From Candidatus Micrarchaeota archaeon (lineage in GTDB: Archaea > Micrarchaeota > Micrarchaeia > Anstonellales > Bilamarchaeaceae): DNA of 28,278 bases. The stretch's first letter is position 1. Every line of letters starts with the position of its first letter. Shown here piece after piece: positions 8,153-16,835 of the stretch. Under the pieces are notes generated by a model, which saw nothing but the letters and a program-made list of their open reading frames with translations, was not told where the DNA came from and searched no databases. Both the position numbers and the translations under genes were made by a program. The stretch covers positions 1 to 28,278 of the forward strand of contig CAZYGF010000001.1 of the NCBI GenBank assembly GCA_964647575.1, given 5' to 3'.

Positions 8153-9064
8153 ATGCGAATTATCGTCACTGGAGGGGCAGGATTCATAGGCTCCCATCTC
8201 GTGGACAAACTTGTTTCCGAAGGTGCGGATGTGCTCGTCATAGACGACCTTTCCACAGGCAGAAAGGAGCAGGCCAATCCCAAGGCCCGCCTGGTCAGGA
8301 AGGACATACGCACGGACATATCGGCCGAACTTAGGGGTGCCGATGCCGTGTTCCATCTGGCCGCCGACCCGGAAGTCCGCAGGAGCGCGACCGAGCCAGG
8401 GCACGGCTTTGACATAAACGTCCGCGGCACCTTCAGCGTGCTGGAAGCATGCAGGAAAAGCGACGTGAAGCGCATCATCCTTGCCTCAACATCCACCGTC
8501 TACGGGGAGGCCAGGAAAATCCCCACACCAGAAGACCACCCCTGCATACCGGTCAGCAATTACGGCGCCAGCAAGCTCGCAGGCGAGGCATACGTGGCAT
8601 CGTACGCCGGGTCCTACGGCCTCAAGGGCACATCGCTCAGGTTCGCCAACATCTTCGGCGAGAGGAGCTCGCATGGCGTGATGTTCGATTTCTACCATAA
8701 GCTCAAAAAAACCCCGGAAAAGCTCGAGATACTTGGGGACGGGAAGCAGGACAAATCATACCTCTACGTGTCCGATTGCGTGGATGCCATGCTTACCGCC
8801 TGGACAAAGCAGAAGGCGCCATACGACGTCTTCAACGCGGGCAGCAGGGACCGCATCACCGTGGAATCCCTTGCCCGCCTCATGTGCGGCATCATGGGGG
8901 TTGAGCCTGAATTCTTCTACACAGGCACCAAGCGCGGCTGGACCGGAGACGTGCCGCTCATGCTCCTCGACGTCTCAAAACTGGAGGGGTTGGGATGGAA
9001 ACAGAAGGTCGGGTTCAAGCAGGGCATGGAGAGATACGTGCGCTGGCTGTCTTCCTCCAGGTGA
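8153..9064 (+). CDS. NAD-dependent epimerase/dehydratase (UDP-glucose 4-epimerase-like extended SDR)
   Basis: TGGAGFIG, HLAA, STSTVYG, YGASK (YxxxK), SYLYVSD. Start placed at ATG 8153. Confidence 0.9.
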   Translation: MRIIVTGGAGFIGSHLVDKLVSEGADVLVIDDLSTGRKEQANPKARLVRKDIRTDISAELRGADAVFHLAADPEVRRSATEPGHGFDINVRGTFSVLEACRKSDVKRIILASTSTVYGEARKIPTPEDHPCIPVSNYGASKLAGEAYVASYAGSYGLKGTSLRFANIFGERSSHGVMFDFYHKLKKTPEKLEILGDGKQDKSYLYVSDCVDAMLTAWTKQKAPYDVFNAGSRDRITVESLARLMCGIMGVEPEFFYTGTKRGWTGDVPLMLLDVSKLEGLGWKQKVGFKQGMERYVRWLSSSR

Positions 9065-9068
9065 GCGC

Positions 9069-9866
9069 ATGAGGGTCGTGGAAAGCATGAGGTGGTTCCT
9101 GTCCATTCCGTTTTACCCAGCCATCCCGTTCTCCGACCGTGCCCGCCTCGCCTACTACTACCTCAAATCCCTGCTCAACCGTTTCATCCTCCGGTTGAAG
9201 CCGTCAAACAGGCGCCTTAGCATATCCTACGCAGGCGAACCGCTTTATTTCAGGGACAACTGGTTCGACCCCCGCTCGGTCTATACGGTCTTCAGCAATG
9301 ATTATACCTCGCTGGACAATGGCATATTCGCCGGCCTGGGCACCTTCATCGACGTAGGCGCCAACGCCGGTTTCATCTCCCGCTGCGCGCGGCGTGCATC
9401 CCCCGGCTGCCGGATAATCTGCTTCGAACCGCTGCAGGAGAACACAGAGCTGTGCCGGCTGAACAACCCACATGCAGTGGTGGAGGCATGCGGAGTCGGC
9501 TCATCCAACGGCCCGAAGGAACTGCTGGTAGACGAGTGCGGCTTCATGGCCTCGAGCATCTGTTTCAGCTACCGCCAGGCAAAGAGGACCGTTCTGACCA
9601 CGACGCTTGACTCATACCTCAAAAAGCCCCAGACGATAGACCTTCTCAAGATTGATGTCGAGGGCATGGAAGCAGAGGTCCTTGCCGGAGCCAAACGGGT
9701 GCTCCCCGGAGTCCGGAGGGTCGTCGCCGAGGTGCATTCCAACGCGCTCCTCAGCCAGTTTTCCATCGCGATGAAGGGCTCCGGCTTCGAGGAAAACCGC
9801 ACCGCAGCCATCGGCAAGGAGACTTACATCACGGATTGGCGCAATGCGAGGTTTAAAACACGGTGA
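9069..9866 (+). CDS. FkbM-family SAM methyltransferase
   Basis: IDVGANAG, CFEP, LLKIDVEGME. Start placed at ATG 9069, just after the epimerase stop; the ORF-track extension from 8733 overlaps the epimerase. Confidence 0.85.
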   Translation: MRVVESMRWFLSIPFYPAIPFSDRARLAYYYLKSLLNRFILRLKPSNRRLSISYAGEPLYFRDNWFDPRSVYTVFSNDYTSLDNGIFAGLGTFIDVGANAGFISRCARRASPGCRIICFEPLQENTELCRLNNPHAVVEACGVGSSNGPKELLVDECGFMASSICFSYRQAKRTVLTTTLDSYLKKPQTIDLLKIDVEGMEAEVLAGAKRVLPGVRRVVAEVHSNALLSQFSIAMKGSGFEENRTAAIGKETYITDWRNARFKTR

Positions 9867-9870
9867 TTGA

Positions 9871-11016
9871 ATGGACGTAGTCCTGGTTCAGCCATTTCTT
9901 AACCAAAGGGGCGGCGGCGACAGGGTCATACTCGATATCGCAGAGAAGTTCAACCCGGTCATCTACACCACCATATACGAGCCTGGCAACACGTTCCCGG
10001 GCTTCCGCGAATTCGATGTACGCGTCCTCCCTAAAAACCCGGCAGAGTCAGCCCTTTTCTTTCTCAGGAACGACCCGCGCCGCTTCAACGGGGTGCGGGC
10101 CGGCCTCCGCTTCTACTTCAGCCGGCTAAAGGAAGACTATGACGTCATAAACGCCAACGGCTCGCCCTCTGAATGGATAAGGAACAGGAACCCCCGCGTG
10201 TGCTGGCTCGTTTACTCGCCCAGCCGCGAGGCCTTCGACCTGTATGACTGGCGCATGGCAAGGCTCGGCTTCCCGCAGAGGCAGCTCAACTACTGCATCA
10301 TCAGCGGCTTCAAGCAGGTGGAACATTCAATCGTGCCAAAAATAGAAAAGCTCTGCGCCATATCAGAAGTCGCCGAACAGCGCATAAGGAAATACCTCCA
10401 CCGGAACGATGCCGAAGTGATCCACCCCGGCATCGAAGTGCGCGACTTCGAGCCTGGAAGCTACGGGCGGTATTTCTTCATACCCTCCCGCATCGTGCCG
10501 GAGAAGCAGCTTGAGTTCAGCATAAGCGCGTTCCGGATTTTTTCCGGGAAGCACAGGGGCTGGAAGCTGGTAATTTCCGGGTTCATGCCCGGCCCTTCAG
10601 ACCCATATCTCAAAAAGATGAAAGGGCTGGCCGCTGGGCTTGACGTGCAATTCAGGGTCAATCCATCGGAAAAGGAATTCCATGGCATGTACTCCAACTG
10701 CTACGCAACCCTCTTCTCGGCGATAAACGAGGACTGGGGGCTTACGCCGCTGGAATCCATGGCATGCGAAAAGCCGTGCATCTCCATCAACCAGGGAGGC
10801 CCCAGATACAGCATAGTTGACGGGAAAACCGGTTTCCTGGTGGATTCCCCGGAAGAGATGGCGGAAAAGATGGCCTACCTTGCCGAAAACCCGGATGCAA
10901 ACGAGCGGATGGGCAAGGACGGGCGGAAGCATGTGGTGAAAAACTTCACCAAGGAGATTTTCCTGCAAAAGCTCGGGAAAGCGTTCAAGGAAGCCTCGGC
11001 AGCAGGGAATCGCTGA
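9871..11016 (+). CDS. GT4 glycosyltransferase (WbaZ/ALG2-like)
   Basis: GGGDRV, SRIVPEK, EDWGLTPLESMA (Ex7E), DGKTG. Confidence 0.88.
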   Translation: MDVVLVQPFLNQRGGGDRVILDIAEKFNPVIYTTIYEPGNTFPGFREFDVRVLPKNPAESALFFLRNDPRRFNGVRAGLRFYFSRLKEDYDVINANGSPSEWIRNRNPRVCWLVYSPSREAFDLYDWRMARLGFPQRQLNYCIISGFKQVEHSIVPKIEKLCAISEVAEQRIRKYLHRNDAEVIHPGIEVRDFEPGSYGRYFFIPSRIVPEKQLEFSISAFRIFSGKHRGWKLVISGFMPGPSDPYLKKMKGLAAGLDVQFRVNPSEKEFHGMYSNCYATLFSAINEDWGLTPLESMACEKPCISINQGGPRYSIVDGKTGFLVDSPEEMAEKMAYLAENPDANERMGKDGRKHVVKNFTKEIFLQKLGKAFKEASAAGNR

Positions 11017-11051
11017 ACTTCGCCGAGGGCATAATTTTTAATTACATTTGA

Positions 11052-11086
11052 GATAACCTTTTATCGGAGAAACCTACTCTTGGAGG
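11052..11086 (+). promoter_or_regulatory. Promoter/RBS of the NeuB operon: TTTTAT (11059-11064) inside palindrome GATAA-CCTT-TTATC, and GGAGG at 11082-11086
   Basis: Read directly from the AT-rich 77-nt intergenic gap. Confidence 0.5.
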
Positions 11087-11093
11087 GACTAGG

Positions 11094-12200
11094 ATGGCTA
11101 GACCAATCATACATCTGGGAAAATACAGCATATCCGAGGATTCGCCCTGCTTCGTAATCGCGGAGATAGGCCACAACCACCAGGGGAACCTGGACCTGGC
11201 CCGGAAAATGATTGATGCTGCGGCCCAGGCCGGAGCCAATGCCGTCAAGTTCCAGAAAAGGTCCAAGGACCTTTTCACCGCAGAGATGTACAACCGGCCT
11301 TACGACAATGAGAACAGCTTCGGCAAGACCTATGGCGCGCACCGGGAAGCCCTTGAATTCGGCGAATCCGAGTACAAGGCGCTGAAGGCCCATGCGGAGA
11401 GCCTCGGCCTGGTCTTCTTCGCCACGCCATTCGATATAAAAAGCGTAGAGTTCCTGGAAAAAATAGGGGTGCCTGCCTATAAGATAGCTTCCGCCTGCAT
11501 AACCGACATCCCGCTTATAGAGCACGTCGCAAAAAAAGGCAAGCCAATCTTCCTTTCACTCGGCACAGCAACGCTGGAAGACGTGGACCGGGCGTATAAG
11601 TGCGTCAAGGAGTACCGTGTCCCGCTATGCCTGCTCCACTGCGTGGCCGCCTATCCGATGATGAACTATGAGGAAGCCAACCTCAACGTGATCCATACAT
11701 TGAAGGAGCGCTACCCGGACGCGTTAATCGGATTCTCCAGCCATGAAAGCGGCATCGTGCTACCGGTCGTGGCGTACATGCTCGGCGCGAGGGTCGTGGA
11801 GAAGCATTTCACCCTGAACCGCGCGATGAAAGGGACCGACCAGCAGTATTCGCTTGAGCCGCAGGGGCTTACGAAGATGGTCCGTGACCTGAACCGCATC
11901 CGCGAAGCCCTGGGCGACGGCAAAAAGGTGGTACAGCCCTCGGAACTCGATGCGAAAAAGAAAATGGGGAAGAGCATCTTCGCCAGGACCCGCATACCCA
12001 AGGGTTCGGTGGTCTCTCCGGAAATGATAACTTTCAAGAGCCCCGGCACCGGCCTTCCCCCCTACCTTGTGGACGATGTCCTCGGGCGGACTGCAAACCG
12101 CGATATAGCCCCCGACGTTCCCATCGACTACTCCCTTCTCGGGCCCGAGAAAGTCAAAAAATTCGGCAAAGTTGACTGGGGTGCGTTGCTTGGGAAATGA
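11094..12200 (+). CDS. neuB: NeuB-family PEP-dependent ulosonate synthase with C-terminal SAF domain; resembles Neu5Ac-9-P/KDN-9-P synthases
   Basis: AEIGHNHQG, VKFQKR, RPY...SFGKTYGAH, KIAS, LHCVAAYP, GFSSHE, VEKHFTL, MKGTDQ. Confidence 0.92.
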   Translation: MARPIIHLGKYSISEDSPCFVIAEIGHNHQGNLDLARKMIDAAAQAGANAVKFQKRSKDLFTAEMYNRPYDNENSFGKTYGAHREALEFGESEYKALKAHAESLGLVFFATPFDIKSVEFLEKIGVPAYKIASACITDIPLIEHVAKKGKPIFLSLGTATLEDVDRAYKCVKEYRVPLCLLHCVAAYPMMNYEEANLNVIHTLKERYPDALIGFSSHESGIVLPVVAYMLGARVVEKHFTLNRAMKGTDQQYSLEPQGLTKMVRDLNRIREALGDGKKVVQPSELDAKKKMGKSIFARTRIPKGSVVSPEMITFKSPGTGLPPYLVDDVLGRTANRDIAPDVPIDYSLLGPEKVKKFGKVDWGALLGK

Positions 12201-12672
12201 TCCGGGCCGGATAAGCCTCGTCGCATTCGATTTTGACGGCGTCTTCACCGACAACCGCGTATATGTGGACCAGGACGGCCGGGAAAGCGTCTGCTGCAGC
12301 CGCTCCGACGGCATCGGCATCAGGAAACTGGACCGGGCCGGCATAAAATCAATAGTCATATCCGCTGAAACGAACCCGGTCGTGGAAAAGCGGTGCGCCA
12401 AACTGGGCATAAGGTGCGTGGCCGGCTGCAAAGACAAGCTTTCCGTATTGAAGGCGGCCATGGCCGAATCCGGAGTGGGGCGGGAATCCGTATGCTTCGT
12501 AGGCAACGACCTCCCGGATATAGAATGCCTCAGGTATGCCGGCCTTCCCGTTGCGGTCAGGGACAGCTGCCCAGAAGTGCTCGATGCTGCCAAGTACGTG
12601 ACATCCGCTCCAGGCGGCCGCGGGGCGGTGCGTGAAGTCTGCGACATGATTGTGAACGAGGGGAGAAAATGA
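12190..12672 (+). CDS. KdsC-like HAD phosphatase (ulosonate-phosphate phosphatase)
   Basis: FDFDGVFTDN, SRSDG, ISAE, KDK, VGNDLPD, GGRGAVREVCD. Probable TTG start at 12190 with GGGGTG upstream; alternatives 12172 and 12181. Confidence 0.85.
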   Translation: MGNDPGRISLVAFDFDGVFTDNRVYVDQDGRESVCCSRSDGIGIRKLDRAGIKSIVISAETNPVVEKRCAKLGIRCVAGCKDKLSVLKAAMAESGVGRESVCFVGNDLPDIECLRYAGLPVAVRDSCPEVLDAAKYVTSAPGGRGAVREVCDMIVNEGRK

Positions 12673-13457
12673 AAAAAATGTTCGATCTCAGCGGCAAAGT
12701 CGCTGTCGTGACAGGAGGCCTCGGCAACCTGGGGCAGGAATTCGTGAAGACGCTGCGGGATGCAGGTGCCAAAGTGGCCATACTGGAAATCCGGCCGGGC
12801 GCCTACAAGGACAAGGGCGTCATCGTGTGCGAAGCCGACATATCGGACAAGCTATCCTTATCCAGGGCGCTGGCCGATATAACCGCGCGGCTCGGCAAGC
12901 CATCCATACTGGTCAACTGCGCCGCCATCGACTCTCCGCCGGAATACGGCAGCGGAAAGAAAAGCGGGCTCATAGAGAGCGACGGGGCGGAAAAAACATA
13001 CGACAAGGTCATGGCAGTGAATGTCAAGGGCACGCTCCTTTGCTCACAGGTATTCGGCAATTTCATGGCTGAAAACGGCGGCGGCAGCATAATAAACATC
13101 TCATCCATCTATGGCGAGATTTCCCCGGACCAGCGGATATACCTCAGGAAGGGGAGGGAGCGGGAATTCTTCAAGCCCATAGCCTACTGCGTGAGCAAGG
13201 CCGCCATACCGAACATGACCCGTTATCTTGCCACATACTTCGCAGGCTCCAAAGTGCGGGTGAATACGCTCACATTCGGCGGGGTATTCAACAACCAGGA
13301 CCAGGAGTTCGTGGCCAACTACTCCTCCAAGGTGCCTCTCGGGAGGATGGCGAGAAAAGACGAATACAACGGCGCCGTCCTGTTCCTGGCGTCAGACGCT
13401 TCCTCCTACATGACAGGCTCCAACCTCGTGATAGACGGAGGATATACAAGCTGGTGA
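12669..13457 (+). CDS. Classical SDR oxidoreductase, similar in pattern to PtmA-like SDRs of nonulosonic acid clusters
   Basis: TGGLGNLG, NCAAID, IINISSIYG, YCVSK, VPLGRM, MTGSNLVIDGG. ATGA overlap with the phosphatase. Confidence 0.88.
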   Translation: MKKMFDLSGKVAVVTGGLGNLGQEFVKTLRDAGAKVAILEIRPGAYKDKGVIVCEADISDKLSLSRALADITARLGKPSILVNCAAIDSPPEYGSGKKSGLIESDGAEKTYDKVMAVNVKGTLLCSQVFGNFMAENGGGSIINISSIYGEISPDQRIYLRKGREREFFKPIAYCVSKAAIPNMTRYLATYFAGSKVRVNTLTFGGVFNNQDQEFVANYSSKVPLGRMARKDEYNGAVLFLASDASSYMTGSNLVIDGGYTSW

Positions 13458-14947
13458 TGACTATGGCAAAGCGGTTTTTCAACTTCATAGGCGGCGAGTG
13501 GAAGGACTCGGTTACCAAGAGGACCTTCGAGAAGAGGAACCCGGCCGATGCCAGCGAAGTTCTCGGCGTTTTTCCCCTCTCCGGCGCTGCCGATGTGGAG
13601 GCTGCCTGCCAGGCGGCGGGAAAAGCTTTCAAGGCATGGTCCAGCGTCACCCCGCCCGCGAGAGGGAAACTGCTTTTCGAAGCCGGGCGGCTGCTGGCTT
13701 CCAAGAAAGAGGAGCTGGCGCAGGTGCTGGTCAGGGAGACCGGCAAGACCACCAAGGAGGCGCTCGGAGAGGTCAATGCAGCCATAGACATGGCATACTT
13801 CATGGCCGGCGAAGGGAGGCGCCTCTACGGCGACGTGACGCACTCTGAGCTTCCGAACCGGTGGGCGCTGACCAAGCGCTGCCCAATAGGCGTATGCGGC
13901 ATAGTCACCCCGTGGAACTTCCCCATGTCGCTCATAAGCTGGAAGGTCTTCCCGGCGCTTATCTGCGGCAATGCCGTGGTCCTCAAGCCGGCCGAAGATG
14001 CACCCGAGACCGCGAACCGCATCGCAGAGATCCTGGCAGAGGCGGGCCTGCCGCCAGGCGTCCTGAACATCGTCCATGGGGCCGGCGAAGAGGCAGGCGA
14101 TGCGCTGGTGCGGAACGCAAACGTGAAGATGGTGTCGTTCACAGGGTCAAGCGAAGTCGGGAGGCGGATAGCCGCCATATGCGGGGAACGCCTAGCCAAG
14201 GTGTCGCTAGAGCTCGGGGGCAAGAATGCCGTCATAGTCATGGACGATGCTGATCTCGACCTGGCTGTCAGCGGGATAGTCAAAGGTGCCTTTACCGTGG
14301 CCGGGCAGCGTTGCACAGCCACAAGCAGGGCAATCGTCCACCGGCGCATCTACGACAAATTCATGGAGAAGCTCGTTGCAGAGACAAAACGGCTCAAGGT
14401 CGGCGCCGGCGGAAAAGACGGCACTGACGTATGCCCTGTCATCAACCGGAAGCAGCTGGAAAGGATTGCGAAATACGCGGAAACAGGCAAGAAGGAGGGC
14501 GCCAGGCTGGTGCTCGGCGGCCACGTCCTAAAGGAAGGCACGCACGCAAAAGGGTTCTTTTTCGAGCCTACCATATTCGGCGAAGTGCGGCCGGAGATGA
14601 CCGTGGCGAAGGAGGAGATATTCGGGCCTGTGCTCGCGGTCTTCAGGGCAGAGTCGCTCGAGCAGGCAATAGGGCTCCTGAACGACAGCGCCTATGGCCT
14701 GTCAGCATCCATATTCACAAAAGACATCAACGCCGCCCTTTCAGCCGTGGAAAGCTTCGAAACAGGCGTCTGCTACGTCAATGCCCCGACATTCGGCTCC
14801 GAGGTCCACCTCCCATTCGGCGGCATGAAAAAATCCGGCAACGGCCATCGCGAAGTGGGCAAGGCGGCGATTGAAGCGTTCTCAGACCTGAAGACGATAT
14901 ACCTGGACTATAGCGGGGTGATCCAGAATGCCCAGTTCAAAAAATAA
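13454..14947 (+). CDS. NAD(P)-dependent aldehyde dehydrogenase
   Basis: TPWNFP, KPAED, FTGS, LELGGKN (catalytic Glu), AGQRC (catalytic Cys), EEIFGP, PFGG. GTGA overlap with the SDR. Confidence 0.93.
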   Translation: MMTMAKRFFNFIGGEWKDSVTKRTFEKRNPADASEVLGVFPLSGAADVEAACQAAGKAFKAWSSVTPPARGKLLFEAGRLLASKKEELAQVLVRETGKTTKEALGEVNAAIDMAYFMAGEGRRLYGDVTHSELPNRWALTKRCPIGVCGIVTPWNFPMSLISWKVFPALICGNAVVLKPAEDAPETANRIAEILAEAGLPPGVLNIVHGAGEEAGDALVRNANVKMVSFTGSSEVGRRIAAICGERLAKVSLELGGKNAVIVMDDADLDLAVSGIVKGAFTVAGQRCTATSRAIVHRRIYDKFMEKLVAETKRLKVGAGGKDGTDVCPVINRKQLERIAKYAETGKKEGARLVLGGHVLKEGTHAKGFFFEPTIFGEVRPEMTVAKEEIFGPVLAVFRAESLEQAIGLLNDSAYGLSASIFTKDINAALSAVESFETGVCYVNAPTFGSEVHLPFGGMKKSGNGHREVGKAAIEAFSDLKTIYLDYSGVIQNAQFKK

Positions 14948-16835
14948 GCTCCTTTTCACCAATGGCGATTTTGAGAGGGCCCGGTCCCTGGCGATTGGAC
15001 AGGCTGAAAAACTGTCAATCATCGCAGATATGATCCGCTTCAATGCCCTCGCAGCCATAGTGCATGCGCGCTCCGGTCATATCGGCGCCTCCTTCAGTGC
15101 CATAGAGATCCTTGCGGTGCTGTACCACCACACGATGCGCCTGGATGCGCGCAAGCCAGGCCAGGCCGGGCGTGACATATTCATCCTGTCAAAAGGCCAT
15201 GCCGCCGCAGGCCAGTACGCGGCCCTGGCTTCCGCGGGGTTCATCCCAGAAGAGCGCCTCCTCAGCTTCAGGCAGTTCCGCGGCCTGCAGGGGCACGTGG
15301 ACGTATCCGTGCCCGGGGTGGACGCGAACACAGGGTCGCTTGGCATGGGTCTGTCCAAGGGCAAAGGATACGCCTGGGCCGCCAAGGCAGGAAAGACCGG
15401 CGCGTCGGTCTATGTTATGGTTGGCGATGGCGAGCTCCAGGAAGGGCAGAACTGGGAGGCAATCCAGTCAGCCCCGCACCTCAAGCTGGACAACCTCTAT
15501 CTCATAGTGGACCGGAACATGGTGCAGACGGACAGGGAAGTGCACAGGATACTGGACATATCCCCGCTTGACGAGAAGCTCAGGTCTTTCGGCTGGGATG
15601 TCATGACCATCGATGGTAATGACGTGGCTCAGGTCCTTGATGCCCTGGGCCGCAAGGCCGTAAGCGGAAAGCCCAAGGCTATTATCGCGAATACAATCAA
15701 GGGCAAAGGTGTATCCTTCATGGAGCACCCGGCCGTGCTGTCGCGCGACGGCGTCTACCGCTGGCACGGCAGCATACCGAAAGAGGAGGAATACCGCCTG
15801 GCTTACGATGAGCTGGCCCACAGGCTGATGGCACATCGGGATTTCACGTCATCCGGAATCTCTTTCCCGCAGTTCTTCTGCCCGGATGCTGTGCCGGCGG
15901 CTTTCAAGGGAAAGGCGCTGAAAAAGGCGTTTTCCGATTCGCTTGTGGAACTGGCGGAAAAACAGCGCCAGATGGTGGTGATGGATGCAGACCTGGCAGA
16001 GGACTGCGGCCTCAGGGATTTCGAAAACCGCCATCCGGACCGTTTCATCGAGGTCGGCATAGCCGAGCAGGACATGGTTTCCATGGCCGGCGGCCTGGCG
16101 CTGTGCGGCAAGCTGCCCATCGTCAATACGTACACCGCATTCCTCACTTCGCGCTCCAATGAGCAGATTTTCAACAACGCCTCGGAGAAGACGAAAATCA
16201 TCTATGTGGGCCATCTCGCCGGGCTGCTCCCTGCCAAGCCTGGCAAATCCCACCAGGGGCTGCGGGACATCTCCCTGCTCAGGGCGGTGCCCGACATCCT
16301 CCTCGGGGCTCCGTGCAACGCCGCGGAACTGAAGCAGATGATGGACTACTTCGTGCTCGGGACCGGCAGGAACTGCTACCTGCGGCTTGAGCACTTCCCC
16401 CCCAGGAACGACGTCCCCCTTCCGAAAGGCTACCGGCTCGGATTAGGGAAAGGCGCCATATTGGCAGAGGGCAAAGATGCAGCCGTGATAGCATACGGGT
16501 CGCTCATGCTCTCAGAGGCGCTGTCAGCCGCTGAAGAGCTAAAAAAAGACGGCATCAGGGTCCGGGTGATAAACCTCCCTTGGCTGAACAACATAGACGC
16601 CAGATGGCTGCTCAAGGCCATCGATGGCGTAAAGCATGTCTTTTGCATCGAGAACCATTCGCTCACAGGCGGCCAGGGGGAAGAGGTCCTGCGGCTGGCA
16701 GGGCCAGGGCACGTAGTCCACATCCTGGGCGTGGCCGGCTTCGGGCAGTCCGGGGAAGCCGAGGACATCCTGCGCAACTACTCGCTTGATTATAAATCCA
16801 TAAGCGCCAGAATCGCTGCGGAGGTAAGGAAATGA
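14928..16835 (+). CDS. ThDP-dependent transketolase-family enzyme, single chain, with a divergent substrate site
   Basis: SGHIG, SKGH, QGH, GSLG, GDGELQEG...DRN, WHG, DADLA, GIAEQ. The canonical GEDGPTHQ reads AKPGKSHQ. Confidence 0.88.
   Translation: MPSSKNKLLFTNGDFERARSLAIGQAEKLSIIADMIRFNALAAIVHARSGHIGASFSAIEILAVLYHHTMRLDARKPGQAGRDIFILSKGHAAAGQYAALASAGFIPEERLLSFRQFRGLQGHVDVSVPGVDANTGSLGMGLSKGKGYAWAAKAGKTGASVYVMVGDGELQEGQNWEAIQSAPHLKLDNLYLIVDRNMVQTDREVHRILDISPLDEKLRSFGWDVMTIDGNDVAQVLDALGRKAVSGKPKAIIANTIKGKGVSFMEHPAVLSRDGVYRWHGSIPKEEEYRLAYDELAHRLMAHRDFTSSGISFPQFFCPDAVPAAFKGKALKKAFSDSLVELAEKQRQMVVMDADLAEDCGLRDFENRHPDRFIEVGIAEQDMVSMAGGLALCGKLPIVNTYTAFLTSRSNEQIFNNASEKTKIIYVGHLAGLLPAKPGKSHQGLRDISLLRAVPDILLGAPCNAAELKQMMDYFVLGTGRNCYLRLEHFPPRNDVPLPKGYRLGLGKGAILAEGKDAAVIAYGSLMLSEALSAAEELKKDGIRVRVINLPWLNNIDARWLLKAIDGVKHVFCIENHSLTGGQGEEVLRLAGPGHVVHILGVAGFGQSGEAEDILRNYSLDYKSISARIAAEVRK

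Noticed and set aside
8733-9068. N-terminal extensions in the ORF track (also 22968-23057, 25608-25715, 2998-3051, 8111-8152)
   Set aside because: They overlap the preceding gene or its promoter and lack homology cues; downstream ATGs fit the motifs and TATA spacing better.
12190-12214. Possible frameshift: the ATGA overlap at 12197 opens only MIRAG-stop, out of frame with the phosphatase
   Set aside because: An in-frame TTG at 12190 with GGGGTG 6 nt upstream gives an intact N-terminus before the DFDG motif, so no frameshift is needed.
14928-16835. Housekeeping transketolase or DXP synthase supplying sedoheptulose-7-P to GmhA
   Set aside because: Not excluded, but disfavoured: the phosphate-binding and GEDG residues are substituted, and the gene is translationally embedded in the ulosonate operon rather than next to gmhA.
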